From: Nitrospirota bacterium
GTDB lineage: Bacteria > Nitrospirota > UBA9217
Assembly: GCA_963751455.1 (NCBI GenBank)
Contig: CAVVUN010000003.1
Span: 96,001 to 160,000 of the forward strand
Direction: 5' to 3'
DNA length: 64,000 bases
In this document: piece by piece, positions 1 through 11,285 of the stretch
How the letters are laid out: the number at the start of each line of letters is the position of its first letter
How positions within the stretch are numbered: the first letter of the stretch is position 1
Position numbers and translations under genes: made by a program
Notes under the pieces: generated by a model
Seen by the model: the letters and a program-made list of their open reading frames with translations, nothing else
Told to the model about the DNA's origin: nothing
Database searches by the model: none

Positions 1-394
1 GTATGAGCGAAGGGACAGCCCGGCGGTCCCTGATGTCGCCCAGGATGTCCACAATGAATTTGCACACATCGGAATCGGGTGTGTCGAGCGAAGACAGCAG
101 CGGATTTACGGCTGCGGAGCCGATAAGAATGAGCGCCTCGATTGCGGAGTTGCGGGCGCCCGCATTGTCATGTGACGAAAGGGCTTGGATCAGATCCCGC
201 AGTATGCCTTCGCCTGCCATGGATACAAGCGCCTCCACTGCGGTCTTCCGCACACGCCAATCCGTATCGCCGAGCGCATGCAAAAGGAGCGGCACGCCTT
301 CTTTTCCGGCTAAACCCAGGTCAACGGCCGCTTCCCTGCGCGCTTCGGAATCCCGGCTCTGCAGTTTTTTTGCGAGTAATTCAATAGTCGGCAT
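1..394 (-). CDS. HEAT-repeat (PBS lyase-like) protein, truncated by window edge
   Basis: Not in the ORF track. Translated by hand from ATG at 394: [27 protein letters not shown]...LGDTDWRVRKTAVEAL...DNAGARNSAIEAL...DSDVCKFIVDILGDIRD. Overlaps the cheW end. Confidence 0.85.
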   Translation of the reverse strand, partial: MPTIELLAKKLQSRDSEARREAAVDLGLAGKEGVPLLLHALGDTDWRVRKTAVEALVSMAGEGILRDLIQALSSHDNAGARNSAIEALILIGSAAVNPLLSSLDTPDSDVCKFIVDILGDIRDRRAVPSLI

Positions 395-899
395 TGCCTG
401 CCTCCACCAGGGCCGTCCGTTCCTGCTGGTTTAAAATCCGGCCTAAATCGAAAAGAATGATAAGACGGTCTGCCACCTTGCCCATGCCCTTGATAAAATC
501 AGCGTTTCTGCCCGTCGCCCCGTGGGGTGCCTGCTCGATGTCTTTTTTCGGGATATGGATGACCTCGTCAACCCTGTCCACGACCAGGCCGAGGAGTCCG
601 TGCTGTCCCTTGCTTGCCTGAAGCGCGCCGCGCGTGATAATCATCCGCCTCTTTCTCGGATCCTGGTCGGTCGCACTCCGTTCAAAGCGGTTTCTGAGAT
701 CCACGACCGGAATAATAACGCCGCGAAGATTGACGACACCCTCGATGAAGGCAGGCATTTTCGGAAGCGCCGTTATTTTAAGCGGCCGTATTACCTCGGT
801 TATGCAATTTATATCGAGTCCGTATTCCTCGGTGCCTACCTGGAACGTAACCAGCTGTACGGTGTCTTCAATCGTTGTCTTTTTTTCCTTTGTCTTCAT
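381..899 (-). CDS. cheW: Chemotaxis adaptor CheW
   Basis: [37 protein letters not shown] and [10 protein letters not shown] motifs; ATGA overlap with the upstream MCP. Confidence 0.95.
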   Translation of the reverse strand: MKTKEKKTTIEDTVQLVTFQVGTEEYGLDINCITEVIRPLKITALPKMPAFIEGVVNLRGVIIPVVDLRNRFERSATDQDPRKRRMIITRGALQASKGQHGLLGLVVDRVDEVIHIPKKDIEQAPHGATGRNADFIKGMGKVADRLIILFDLGRILNQQERTALVEAGNADY

Positions 900-3061
900 G
901 CCTCACGCACCTGCCCGGTCGGCGCTGGAGCGGCCTTTGTCCTGAATTTATCTATTTCCTTCTTGAGCGTGCCGGATTGAGTCGTCATGACCTCCATGGA
1001 TATGGTGAGACCGGCGCCCAGGTCCGCATTGTCTTTTGCAATTTGCTTGATCCGGTCGATTGCCTTAACGATGTGATCGCTGCCCGCCTGCACCTCCTCG
1101 CTGGCCCTGTTTACCATGCCGATTTTGGTGCTGATATTTTCGACCGCGTGAGTAATATCCCTGCTTGCCCGCTCCTGTTCCTCGGTGGAGGTTTTGACAA
1201 AGCGGGTCAAGTCGCGCATTTTTTCCGCGGCCCGGATAATCTGCTCGCTTCCGGTCTTTTGCTCGCTGGTCGCACGGGCGATTTTGTGCGCCAAATCGTT
1301 TATCTGTGTCATTGCCTCGCTTACCTGCTTGATCCCGCGGGCCTGTTCGATCGCGGCCTTATTGATACTCTTGCTCATGTCACGGGACGTTTCGGCCCGT
1401 TCCAGGATCTTCTTCAAGGCAGTTCGCGCGTCGCCCGCAAGGCCCACTCCTTCTGCTACGATGGAGACACCCTCCTTCATGGCCTCGACGGCTTCACGGG
1501 ATTCCGTCTGGACGCTCGTTATGAGCGTTCCGATCTCTTTCGTTGACGCGGCCGTTCGGTTTGCGAGTTCACGGATCTCAGATGCGACCACGGCAAAACC
1601 CTTGCCGTGTTCGCCGGCCTGTGCCGCAAGGATTGCGGCGTTCAGGGCCAGCAGCCCGGTCTGGTCCGTAATATCTTCGATAACCGTCAGGATGCCGCCG
1701 ATGCTCTCCGCCCGCTCGCCGAGACGGTTGACCACCTCGGCGGTCCGACGGGCGTTCATGTCGATGCGGCCCATCCCTTCTATCGTTTTTTCAATCGAAC
1801 CCATGCCGATCATGCGCGCATCCGCAGCAACAGCCTCCGCGACGGACGCGGACTGGCCGGCCGTTGCTTCCACTTCTTTTACCGAAGCGCTGATCTCGAT
1901 CGACGACGACGAGGTCTGTTCGGCCGCGGCTGAGAGAACTTCCACATTATCGGCGATCTGTCGGATGGCAGCAGACATCTGGCTGATGGCGCTTGACGTC
2001 TCCTCGATCGAGGCGGCCAGCTCCGACATCGTCTTGGCGACTTCACTGACCGACGCGGCCATTTGAATCACGGACGATGATGTACGCTCGGATGTCACGG
2101 TGAGGTCTTCCATATTGCCGCCGATTTCCTTCAGCGAAAAATGCATTTCGTTGACCGATGACGCCGCTTCATCCACCGACTCGGATTGGACCCGGCTGCC
2201 CGAGCTGATTTTTGAAGATATCTCCCTGACCTCGTTCCAGACCGACTCTGCATTCAGTGCAGCCGTCGATACGTTGCCGACCATGCCCTTGAGGCCTATA
2301 ATCATGCGGTTCAGCCCGCGTCCCAGCATCCCAAGCTCATCCACGGTCTTTACCCTCACGCTCTGAGTGAGGTCTCCGCCGGCAATGTTCAAAACGATAT
2401 GGACTGCTTCGTTGGTCGGGGCAATGATCATCCAGCGTACCATCAGGTGAATGACACCCGACAGGATCACCACCATAACAACGCTTCCGCCGACGAGCAG
2501 CAGCGCCTGCTTCCATGCCTCTCGTCTCGCACCCGCTTTCGAAAAACCTATGGTGACCAACCCTATCTTCCTGTTATCGATGACAATGTCCGACTTCGTC
2601 TCAATAATATCCAGTTTATCCTTCGCCGTCCCTGCAACAACGGCGACATCTTCCTGGTTTATCACGTTCAGGAGAGCGGCCATTGCCGTATCAGACCGGT
2701 TGAAGCTGACGGCTGCCGTATTCAGGACTCTGTTTCCATCGTCCGCAATATAGGCGTACAGTATGTCGGGTGACTTTCCGGCTTCGGCAACGAGACCATC
2801 AAGGATCAGTATCTCCTTCATTAAAAGAGCGTCCGTCCCCGCTTTTCCCAGAAAAAGACCCAGTTCTCTTCCCCGTGTTTCTATAGCCTGGTATTGACGT
2901 TCAATCAGCATGTTGGCGAAAAACAGGGTCCCCAGCACCATGAAACCGGAAATCACGGCAGTCAGCGCAAAGACGAATTTGAGCCCCATGCTGGCTTCGA
3001 TCTTTTTCTTAAGCGGCAATGCCGCTATCATTTCCTTGATCCTTCTCATTCCCTGCTCCAT
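896..3061 (-). CDS. Methyl-accepting chemotaxis protein (2 TM, HAMP, long signalling domain)
   Basis: [34 protein letters not shown] hairpin tip; HAMP ([13 protein letters not shown]). Confidence 0.95.
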   Translation of the reverse strand: MEQGMRRIKEMIAALPLKKKIEASMGLKFVFALTAVISGFMVLGTLFFANMLIERQYQAIETRGRELGLFLGKAGTDALLMKEILILDGLVAEAGKSPDILYAYIADDGNRVLNTAAVSFNRSDTAMAALLNVINQEDVAVVAGTAKDKLDIIETKSDIVIDNRKIGLVTIGFSKAGARREAWKQALLLVGGSVVMVVILSGVIHLMVRWMIIAPTNEAVHIVLNIAGGDLTQSVRVKTVDELGMLGRGLNRMIIGLKGMVGNVSTAALNAESVWNEVREISSKISSGSRVQSESVDEAASSVNEMHFSLKEIGGNMEDLTVTSERTSSSVIQMAASVSEVAKTMSELAASIEETSSAISQMSAAIRQIADNVEVLSAAAEQTSSSSIEISASVKEVEATAGQSASVAEAVAADARMIGMGSIEKTIEGMGRIDMNARRTAEVVNRLGERAESIGGILTVIEDITDQTGLLALNAAILAAQAGEHGKGFAVVASEIRELANRTAASTKEIGTLITSVQTESREAVEAMKEGVSIVAEGVGLAGDARTALKKILERAETSRDMSKSINKAAIEQARGIKQVSEAMTQINDLAHKIARATSEQKTGSEQIIRAAEKMRDLTRFVKTSTEEQERASRDITHAVENISTKIGMVNRASEEVQAGSDHIVKAIDRIKQIAKDNADLGAGLTISMEVMTTQSGTLKKEIDKFRTKAAPAPTGQVREA

Positions 3062-3102
3062 TTAACGTGAAACAAACCATACGACCCGGATGCGGCAGCC
3101 GC

Positions 3103-5118
3103 TTAGCCGTTGAAGGCTGACCCGTTTCCGCCTGTTATCCCGGCAATCTCGCTGTTCAGCAGGGCCACCTGCTCTGCGAGCGTCTTGGCTGCGGCTGCCA
3201 TTACTTCCGCCCGCTTCTCGTTTTGCCGGGGCAGCTCCTGGAGACGCTGCACGGACTCAACCATCTCCACGCTTACTGCTCGCTGCTCCCCGGTGGCGGC
3301 GGCTATCGTGCCGGCTCGTGCCGTAACATTCTCGGCTGCCTCTGCGATTTGCTTGCCGCCCACCCCCTGTTCCGATATGGCCTTACTGACACCCCTTGCG
3401 ATATCGCGCATTGCTTCCCCCGCGTTCAGGATCATCTCGGTTCCTTTGATCTGGGCCTGCGTGGCCTGCGCAATCTGGTTCATCATCTGCTTGACGTTGA
3501 CGATTGACTCGCTTACCTGCTTTACCCCCCGGGACTGCTCGATCATTGCGCGCTCAATCCTGTTTGCTGTTTCGGCCGAGCGATCGGAACTTGCCACGAT
3601 CTTGCCGATCGCACCGGCCGCTTCCTGCGATCGCGAGACGCCGTCTTCAACCGCGACCATACTCTCGTTCATGGCCTCTACCGCTTCCCTTGTCTCTTTC
3701 TGCACCGAGGCAATGAGTTTCGCGATGTCCTGGGCCGAACCTGCTGTCCGGTCCGCGAGCGCCTTGATCTCTTCCGCGACGACAGCAAATCCTCTCCCGT
3801 GTTCGCCCGCCTGGGCTGCAAGAATGGAGGCGTTGAGCGCGAGCAGGTTCGTCCTTTCGGTCACCTCTACGATTACTCCCAGAATCTTGCCTATCTCCTC
3901 CGACCGTTTGCCGAGTCCAGCCATGACGCCCGAGTAGCGTGCGACGGAGTCCCTGATCCTCTGGACGGCGCCGGTGATTTTCTCGATTGATCCGACGCCG
4001 ATTTCGCGCGCGTCGATCGACACTTGCTGCGACAGCTTTGCCGATTCCTTTGCTGCCTGCTCCACCTCCCGCACGGTAGCCTCGATTTCAATCGCGGAAG
4101 AGGAAGTCTCCTCGGCCGCGGATGAAAGGGTGTCGACATAGCCCGCGACTTCCCGTATGGATGCAATCATTTCCGTAACCGAGGTGGTCACGTCTTCAAC
4201 CGAGGAAGTAAGCTCCTCCGTTTGGCGGCTGACCTCCATGTTCGAGGCATTCATCTGAAGGATAGCGGATGAGGTCTTCTCGGCCGACACGGACAGGCTT
4301 TCCGCGCTCTCGGCCGCGGACCGGAGGGAGGACGTTATTTTCCCGGCTGAAGACGATACGCCGGCCATAGTGTTTGCATGTGACCGGGTGTTTTGCCTGA
4401 GCCCGTCCGTTTCTTCTGTGATACAGGGGCCCACCTGATTTATGCGGCCCGCGATTGCGCCCATGCCGGAAACAAACCTCTCGAGGCGTTCTATCAGGAG
4501 ATTAACTCCCTTTGCAAGGGCGCCGATTTCATCCTGTGTTCGCGTCGGCAGGCGCCGGGCGAATTCCCTTCGCTCGAGAATGTCGCCGAGAGTCGCTTCC
4601 AGTTCCCGGAGAGGTCCCGTTACTGTTTTTGAAACCGCGACCGAGAGAATGACTGCAAGGATCAGGAAAATAAAAAAGTGCTCGATTACCGTGTTTACCA
4701 GTGCGGACCTGAGCGCCGCTTCAAGACCGGCGGGGTAGACCGAGACGCGAATTTCACCGAGCTTTGCCTGGTTGGAAAGGATCGGGAACGCAGCCGCGAC
4801 AACGCGCTCCTGCTCCAGCGCCGGCTTTGCGGCCCGTGCCACTTCTCTTCCGGCGCTGTCGCTGATCGTTACTTCCTGCAGATCGGACAGGTTTATGAGA
4901 TTTCCGGCTAGATTCTGGAGGCCGCTCACGTCCGAGGTCATCAGAAGAGGCGCGGCAAGTTCCGAAGCGATTTTGCAAAGTTCATCGCCGCGTAATCCGG
5001 CGCCTTCATGAATTGCCCGTTTTTCGAGGATATAACGGCAAGCGCCGAGAACGGTCACGGTGGCAAACAGCCCCAAGAAAATGAAAATGAGCAGCCGCTG
5101 TTTCACGCCGATTTGCAT
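3103..5118 (-). CDS. Methyl-accepting chemotaxis protein
   Basis: [30 protein letters not shown]; start moved to MQIGVKQR (ATG at 5118, preceded by AGGAGA). Confidence 0.93.
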   Translation of the reverse strand: MQIGVKQRLLIFIFLGLFATVTVLGACRYILEKRAIHEGAGLRGDELCKIASELAAPLLMTSDVSGLQNLAGNLINLSDLQEVTISDSAGREVARAAKPALEQERVVAAAFPILSNQAKLGEIRVSVYPAGLEAALRSALVNTVIEHFFIFLILAVILSVAVSKTVTGPLRELEATLGDILERREFARRLPTRTQDEIGALAKGVNLLIERLERFVSGMGAIAGRINQVGPCITEETDGLRQNTRSHANTMAGVSSSAGKITSSLRSAAESAESLSVSAEKTSSAILQMNASNMEVSRQTEELTSSVEDVTTSVTEMIASIREVAGYVDTLSSAAEETSSSAIEIEATVREVEQAAKESAKLSQQVSIDAREIGVGSIEKITGAVQRIRDSVARYSGVMAGLGKRSEEIGKILGVIVEVTERTNLLALNASILAAQAGEHGRGFAVVAEEIKALADRTAGSAQDIAKLIASVQKETREAVEAMNESMVAVEDGVSRSQEAAGAIGKIVASSDRSAETANRIERAMIEQSRGVKQVSESIVNVKQMMNQIAQATQAQIKGTEMILNAGEAMRDIARGVSKAISEQGVGGKQIAEAAENVTARAGTIAAATGEQRAVSVEMVESVQRLQELPRQNEKRAEVMAAAAKTLAEQVALLNSEIAGITGGNGSAFNG

Positions 5119-5266
5119 GTATTCTCCTGAGTGGAGCCCCCTCGGGCAGGAGCCGGAGGCTCCTTTAATAACGCGACCTCCCGCCTGCACCCAGCGTTAG
5201 CGGGAGTGCAGGGCGCGGGATTCAGCGCCGGAAACGGCAAGCGGTCACTCTTATCGACGCGGATCG

Positions 5267-7360
5267 TCAAATTTTAAATCCTTCGAGGTCCGCTCGAAGC
5301 GCATCTGCCTGTGCCTTGAGCGACTGGACCGCCATATCCATTTCAATGGACACGTCGACCACCTCTTGAGTGATTGTTTGAATCTTTCCGACAGCGTCGC
5401 TGATATGCTGCGTTCCGATGCTCTGCTCGGCCGTAGATTTGGCTATCCTGGCCGCCTGTCCTTTTACTGATTCAACCGCATTCGCTATCTGTCTTCCGCC
5501 CTTGGTCTGCTCCTGGGTCGCCGATTTCACCTGCCGGGTGATCTCAAGCATTCGTTCAGCAGCCTGCCCGATCCGTTCGCTGCCGCTGCGCTGTTCCTGC
5601 ATTGCACGGGCGATCTGCTCGATCTCACTCGCTATACTTGACGAAGACTCCGTGATCTGCGCCACACCCCGCGCCTGTTCCGCGGTGGTTTTTTCGATGG
5701 ACCTCGCCATCTCGGCTGACTGGCGTGAGCTGTCGGCCACCTGCTGCAGTACGTCGTTGGTTACATTCACCAGGGTAAAACCTTCTTCGACTGCCTTAAT
5801 TCCGCGCGCCATGGCCTGCACGCTCTGGGAGGTCTCTTCCCTGACCGTGTTGATCAGTCCTGATATTTCCTGGGTGGAGGCTGCCGTTCGCTCGGCCAGT
5901 TCCTTGATTTCCTCGGCCACGACGGCAAATCCTTTGCCGTGCTCGCCAGCCTGCGCAGCCAGTATTGCAGCATTGAGCGCAAGCAGGCTGGTCTGGTCGG
6001 TTACTTCATCAATCACCTTCAGGATCTGGCCGATCTCCTGCGACCGCTTGCCCAGCCTGTTCACCACGTCCGCAGTTGCTTCAACAGTTTCCTTGATGTT
6101 CTTCATGCCTTTGATTGCGGCGCTTGCGGCGGTGATTCCGCGATTGGACGCCTCAGAGGAAACTTTTTCTGCCAGCTGGGCCGCTTCGAGCGCCCGCTGT
6201 TCCACTTCCTTGACCGATGAACTCATTTCGGTGATCGACGCTGAAGTCTGCTCTGCGGATGCCGAAAGTGTTTCCGTGTTCTCGGATACCTGCTTGATCG
6301 AAGCAAGCATTTGCTCGATGGATGCAGCAGTGTCTTCAGCTGCGGTCGAAAGGGCAACTGCATTTCGCGCGACCTCTTCTATCGACGATGCCATTTCTGC
6401 GGCAGAGGAGGAGGCGTCCGTGGCCGCACGCGACATCTCTTCCGCATTCTCGGCCACGCCTTTGATCGAAGCGGTCATCTCACTTACCGTCATGGCTGTC
6501 TGTTCGGTTGCCTCCTGCTGCACCCGGGCGCCCTGGCTCATCTTGAGAGTGGCGTTGCCCATCATCGTCGTGGCTTCCGCGAGGCTGGCTCCGGTCTGCT
6601 TGATCTTACCGAGCATCTCACGGAGATTTGACGACATGGTATTGATTGCGGCGCCAAGGGCTGCAATTTCGGTTTCTCCCCTGGCAGCGATGTCGCGGGA
6701 CAGATCTCCCGCCGCCATCCCCGCCGCCGTGGTTGACATTTCAGTGATAGGACGCGATATTCCCCGGTCGACGAAAATGTAGACGAGTACGGTCGCCACC
6801 AGGAAACTTATGAGCGAAACCAGCAGCGACGAAACCAGCAGGCTGCGAACATGCGCGTTAACGGCGCTTTCCTTCAGTGCTATCCGGAAAACACCCAGTT
6901 GTTTGCCGTCAACGCTCATGAGCGGAATCACTTTTTCATAATGTCCGCCGGACTGATCGGAATAGGAATGGACGATCGGGCCCCGCGCGGCAAGTGATAT
7001 TTTCGTTGCGCCGTCAGTCAGCACGGTCGTTTCAAGGCCCTTGTTGCTCGAATAGAGCACCCGGCCCTCCATATCTACGACCATGATCCGCGAAATGTCC
7101 TTGTCTTCTTCGACCAGGGCCTGCAGCTTTTCGCTCATGCCTTCGAGGGCGTTCAAGGGAAGGCCGAACCCTATTGCCTTGTTGATATCCTTCTTGATTC
7201 CTTCAGCCAGCGCGGCTGTCCGTGCGATGAGCGCTTCCCGGTATTTGCTGGTGGTGGCATAGATATTGGTCAGCGTATTGAAAACAAACACGAGAAAAAG
7301 AATCGCCGCCGTCGCCATTACGGCACGGGTCTTCAGGTTCATTCTCGAGAGAATATTCAT
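5267..7360 (-). CDS. Methyl-accepting chemotaxis protein
   Basis: [31 protein letters not shown]; start at MNILSRM (7360) overlaps the solute-binding protein stop as ATGA. Confidence 0.93.
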   Translation of the reverse strand: MNILSRMNLKTRAVMATAAILFLVFVFNTLTNIYATTSKYREALIARTAALAEGIKKDINKAIGFGLPLNALEGMSEKLQALVEEDKDISRIMVVDMEGRVLYSSNKGLETTVLTDGATKISLAARGPIVHSYSDQSGGHYEKVIPLMSVDGKQLGVFRIALKESAVNAHVRSLLVSSLLVSLISFLVATVLVYIFVDRGISRPITEMSTTAAGMAAGDLSRDIAARGETEIAALGAAINTMSSNLREMLGKIKQTGASLAEATTMMGNATLKMSQGARVQQEATEQTAMTVSEMTASIKGVAENAEEMSRAATDASSSAAEMASSIEEVARNAVALSTAAEDTAASIEQMLASIKQVSENTETLSASAEQTSASITEMSSSVKEVEQRALEAAQLAEKVSSEASNRGITAASAAIKGMKNIKETVEATADVVNRLGKRSQEIGQILKVIDEVTDQTSLLALNAAILAAQAGEHGKGFAVVAEEIKELAERTAASTQEISGLINTVREETSQSVQAMARGIKAVEEGFTLVNVTNDVLQQVADSSRQSAEMARSIEKTTAEQARGVAQITESSSSIASEIEQIARAMQEQRSGSERIGQAAERMLEITRQVKSATQEQTKGGRQIANAVESVKGQAARIAKSTAEQSIGTQHISDAVGKIQTITQEVVDVSIEMDMAVQSLKAQADALRADLEGFKI

Positions 7361-8286
7361 TTGATCACCCTCGTGGCGTCCGTGATCAGGTCCATCGGCA
7401 CTTTCATGCCGAGCGAGTTCGCCTCTTTGAGATTGAGCACGAGCTCGACCATTTTGGGGACCTCGCATGGAATGCTTGCCGCGCTTTCTCCTCTGAGGAG
7501 CCGGGCTGCGAACCGGGCTGCCGTCTCCCCCTGTTCCGTGGGGCTCGGCGCGAGACTGAGGATGACGCCTTTGTCCGAGGTGCCGCCGGTCTGGCTTATC
7601 GTCGGGATCTTCGCAGCATGCGCGGCTTTTACGATGATGTCGAGAGATTCATTTACTGCGGAGCTGGCTGAAATGAAGACCGCGTCGGCCTTTCCCGAAA
7701 ACACCAGTTTGCGGACATCGTCCGACTTTCTGATCGGCATGCGAACCGCCTGGAACCCGTATTGTCCTTCGAGCTGGGTGAGCTCTTCCGCCTGCCGTAC
7801 CGAGTCGCTCTCTGATTCATTGTAGATCACCGCAAGCCTGCTGAACTGCATCAGCTTGCGCAGGTACTTGAGCAGGCTGCTCATGGGCACCTTGGAACTG
7901 ATGCCGGTGAGGTTCCGGGCTGATACGCCGATGGATCCCGGATCGTACACTCCAGCGTATACGATCGGAATATTCCTGGTTTCCTTGATTGCAGACAATG
8001 CGGAAGGGGCTCCGTAGGTGACCAGGACGTTTACCTCGGCCACCGTCAGTTTTCGGGCGGCATTCGTCCAGGAAAGCGTATCGGGTGACGGCATCTGCAG
8101 CAACGTGTCCACCTTGCGGTGGTCAAACCCCTCTTTGACGAGGGACGTCGCAAAAGCCTTGTGTATTTCCTGGTAATACCCGATATTTCCGGACATGATA
8201 ACGCCCACCGTCTTGTCCGCGGCCGCAGCAGCAGAGGCGTAGAGAACCAGAACGGCGGCTACTATCCAGCTTGATCGTCTCATCAT
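7357..8286 (-). CDS. Periplasmic solute-binding protein (ABC_sub_bind-like); no permease or ATPase adjacent
   Basis: Signal peptide (AAAAA-D); [18 protein letters not shown] and [17 protein letters not shown] motifs typical of this family. Confidence 0.85.
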   Translation of the reverse strand: MMRRSSWIVAAVLVLYASAAAAADKTVGVIMSGNIGYYQEIHKAFATSLVKEGFDHRKVDTLLQMPSPDTLSWTNAARKLTVAEVNVLVTYGAPSALSAIKETRNIPIVYAGVYDPGSIGVSARNLTGISSKVPMSSLLKYLRKLMQFSRLAVIYNESESDSVRQAEELTQLEGQYGFQAVRMPIRKSDDVRKLVFSGKADAVFISASSAVNESLDIIVKAAHAAKIPTISQTGGTSDKGVILSLAPSPTEQGETAARFAARLLRGESAASIPCEVPKMVELVLNLKEANSLGMKVPMDLITDATRVIK

Positions 8287-8293
8287 TCCTCCC

Positions 8294-10228
8294 CTACCAC
8301 TTCATGGACAGAGTGGCTAGCACCGTTCTCACCATGCCGTCCTGTGTATTGTCCGACTGATCGTCGAATTTGCGGTACTGGTACCTGATTTCGCTCGCAA
8401 TATCTGCGGCATGCTGCACTGCAAGCCCCGCGGTATAAACCGTATCGATGGCCTTCATATTCGATAATTGCGCAATGCCTGCCGTGTTCGGTACCGAACC
8501 GGAAATATCGAGGTCACCCCGCAGGGAGCTCCGGTCGGCCGAAGCGGTGAAATTGACTGCCTGCATCGGCGCCACGGTCACGGACACCGAACCCGTGTGT
8601 GCGACATCGGCATACGGAACTCCCGGCTCAAACAGAATACCGTTTGTTGCCGCATCCCGGTAATTGATCGTTTGTTCTACTTTGTTTTTCAGCAGCGAGT
8701 AGGCGAGCGTGATCGAGGAGTTGCTGCCTGCAAGCATCGTGAAGCTCGCAAACGCCTGGTCGCGCTCGGCCTCTCTGCTCCCGCCCGCGAGGGGAGCGCT
8801 CAATTCATCGCGTGATTCACGAACAGCGCTGTAGTTCAGCAGGGTATTGAACCGGGATGAGGCGATCCAGTTTATGGACGCCGCGGCGCGGTTGCCTTTG
8901 TCGGGGTCCGTATTGTAAGCCGGGTTCTCCACGGTCGTTTGACTGTACTCCGCCCGCACGTTCACCCTGTTCATGGCCCGGTATGTCAGACTCAGCTTGC
9001 CGGTCGCTTTTGTCGTGCTCTCGGGCAGGTCCCAGAAGGCTTGAGCATTCGCAGGCGGCGCTGAAAGCAAGGAGCCGAGGTCGCCCCTTTCGCGTTCCGT
9101 CGTATCGGTCGAGTATTCGCCCCTGGCCGTCAGGCGGTCCGTTATCCGGTACCGGACGGTTCCGCTTACAATGTCCCTTGTCGAATTAATCGCATGACGG
9201 ACATTGACCAGCGTGGACCCTCCGGGAGTAATATTGAATACGGTTGCAGGGCCGGCCGTATCGATGACGAAGTTCCTGTATTTAACGATTACGGCCAGGC
9301 TGTTAAACGGCATATAGAAAAGATCTCCGCCGCCGTTTCTGAAGTTTACCGTGGCTCCGCTGTCCTCATTCTTTTTATCGCCGCCGGTATAAGTGCCTGC
9401 CAGCACCACCCTGCCCTCGTAGGAGGTATGCAGCTTTACCGTGTCCGACGAGGACCGAAGTTCGGGAACCAGATTATGCGGAACAGGCGTTGTGGAAGGA
9501 GGATATACGTTCTCGAGCACCTTGTCGGACTTGGCTTCAAATATCTTTTCCATATGGCTGTAATCGACTTCAATCGGTCCCAGGTGGCTGTTTGCGCCGA
9601 CGCGGACCTCCTGCGTATTCCAGTCTATGTCTCGCGATTGCGAAATCTTGCTGAGGCCGCCGTTTGAAGCCAGGAACCGCTGCTGGATCGTTCCTTCGCG
9701 TTCAACTGTCCTGACCTCCGCATATATATGGAACGGAAAATCCGGAGTTTTAAAACGGACAAATACCCTGCGTAGCCGGTTTTCCGCGCCGTACAAATCC
9801 TCCGGATTGAGGTCCGTAAAGCTGGGAGATCCGGTGGCGGGGTCGTCGGTGCCGAAGCTGTAGTGGTTCAGGTTATGGAACAAGGCCCGCGTGTACAAGT
9901 TGATGAGTACAACGTCCCTGAACGCGTAATCGAATTCCCCAAAATAGTCCTTGGAATTCAGAAAGTAGGATTCCAACACGAAGCGCTGCGGCAGCGGATC
10001 CCATTCCACATCAAACACGCCCATCGGCGCCGACTTGATGAAATCATACTCGCCCGCGATAGGGTTGCCGTCCTGACTGATGGAGCGGTACCCCAGGCCG
10101 ATGCGGCCGTCGAATTTCTCGGAGTCCGTCGCTTTCGGCTCCGCGGTCTTAACGCCGGAGTCCTGTTGTGCAATGGCCGGGGAGACCCAAAGCATGAGCA
10201 CAATCAATAAAAGCGTAACTTTTTTCAT
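8294..10228 (-). CDS. MtrB/PioB-family outer-membrane beta-barrel porin
   Basis: Signal peptide, alternating beta-strand pattern, C-terminal aromatic residue (LSMKW), directly after a decaheme cytochrome. Confidence 0.8.
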   Translation of the reverse strand: MKKVTLLLIVLMLWVSPAIAQQDSGVKTAEPKATDSEKFDGRIGLGYRSISQDGNPIAGEYDFIKSAPMGVFDVEWDPLPQRFVLESYFLNSKDYFGEFDYAFRDVVLINLYTRALFHNLNHYSFGTDDPATGSPSFTDLNPEDLYGAENRLRRVFVRFKTPDFPFHIYAEVRTVEREGTIQQRFLASNGGLSKISQSRDIDWNTQEVRVGANSHLGPIEVDYSHMEKIFEAKSDKVLENVYPPSTTPVPHNLVPELRSSSDTVKLHTSYEGRVVLAGTYTGGDKKNEDSGATVNFRNGGGDLFYMPFNSLAVIVKYRNFVIDTAGPATVFNITPGGSTLVNVRHAINSTRDIVSGTVRYRITDRLTARGEYSTDTTERERGDLGSLLSAPPANAQAFWDLPESTTKATGKLSLTYRAMNRVNVRAEYSQTTVENPAYNTDPDKGNRAAASINWIASSRFNTLLNYSAVRESRDELSAPLAGGSREAERDQAFASFTMLAGSNSSITLAYSLLKNKVEQTINYRDAATNGILFEPGVPYADVAHTGSVSVTVAPMQAVNFTASADRSSLRGDLDISGSVPNTAGIAQLSNMKAIDTVYTAGLAVQHAADIASEIRYQYRKFDDQSDNTQDGMVRTVLATLSMKW

Positions 10229-10241
10229 ATTCGAGCCTCCT

Positions 10242-11255
10242 CTATTTGATAAAGTTGCCCTTGCCGCTTGGCGAGGGCAGGTCCGAACCGTGAATTTGTG
10301 AATGACAATCCGTGCATCGGGTGTAGAAGGCCTGCTTGACTTCGGCCGTCGTAGTACCGTTGATCGCGTGGGACGGATGGCACTGCAGGCAAAGGAACGG
10401 CTCCCGCGCGATCAGCAGATTATTGTTCACCGAACCGTGCGCCGCATGACATACCCGGCAGTCTTCATTGAGGTCCGCATGCTCATACAGGAAAGGCCCT
10501 TCCTTTTCAGCGTGACACTGGGCGCAGGTGGCCTTGATTGTTTCCCGCCTCAGCAGCCCCTTGTCCGCCGACCCGCCATGCGGATCGTGGCAGTCCGTGC
10601 AGAAGACCTTTCGTTCCGGCACCGGGTGATGATTCGGCAGGTTGAAGTCCGCCTTCACCTCCTGGTGGCAGCGTTCGCACATTTCGGCCGTGTCTCTCAA
10701 CCTGACTTTGAGGTTGTGAGAACCGTGGATACGATGGCAGTCGGAGCAGGAAACGTCTGCGATGCTGTGTGTGTTTGCATTCCAGTTATGGAGGTTGAAC
10801 GTCGCGTTGGCCGTATGGCACTTGAGACAGATGAGCGAGCGTGCCTGGGCAGGCAGGTTCTTGATGTCGATGAACGTTTTGTAGTCGCAGGCGGAACGCT
10901 TCCCGGCCTTTGCGTCCGCTTGCATTTTCTGCGGCGTAAGCTGATCGATCGCGAGGCTTCCGGGTCCATGGCAGCTCTCGCAGTTTACAAGCGGCAGTCC
11001 GGATTCTCTCGAAAGCTGCGCGCCCATGGTGGAAAGATCGAAATCGCGCCGGATTTTGTCATGCACGTGGCATGCCCTCAGGCAGTTGTCGGTCCCGATA
11101 TAGTCGGCGTCGAGACGCCCCACGATCATTTTCTCGTACTCCTTGATGGGCAGAATCGGTCGTGACTCCTTGAGCGCAGCACAACCCACGATAAAAAAGG
11201 CGCTCAGGGTGGTACCGATTACCAGCCATGTTTTCCATTTCGAAAAGCGTTCCAT
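10242..11255 (-). CDS. MtrA/DmsE-family decaheme cytochrome c
   Basis: 9 CxxCH plus one CxxxCH (CLRACH); HHPVPE..CTDCHDPHG, CHAEKEGPFLYEH and CTDCHSQIHGSD motifs of DmsE/MtrA; lipobox-like IVGC. Confidence 0.9.
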   Translation of the reverse strand: MERFSKWKTWLVIGTTLSAFFIVGCAALKESRPILPIKEYEKMIVGRLDADYIGTDNCLRACHVHDKIRRDFDLSTMGAQLSRESGLPLVNCESCHGPGSLAIDQLTPQKMQADAKAGKRSACDYKTFIDIKNLPAQARSLICLKCHTANATFNLHNWNANTHSIADVSCSDCHRIHGSHNLKVRLRDTAEMCERCHQEVKADFNLPNHHPVPERKVFCTDCHDPHGGSADKGLLRRETIKATCAQCHAEKEGPFLYEHADLNEDCRVCHAAHGSVNNNLLIAREPFLCLQCHPSHAINGTTTAEVKQAFYTRCTDCHSQIHGSDLPSPSGKGNFIK

Positions 11256-11285
11256 GTATCGTCAACCTCCTTTACTGAGTGTGGG

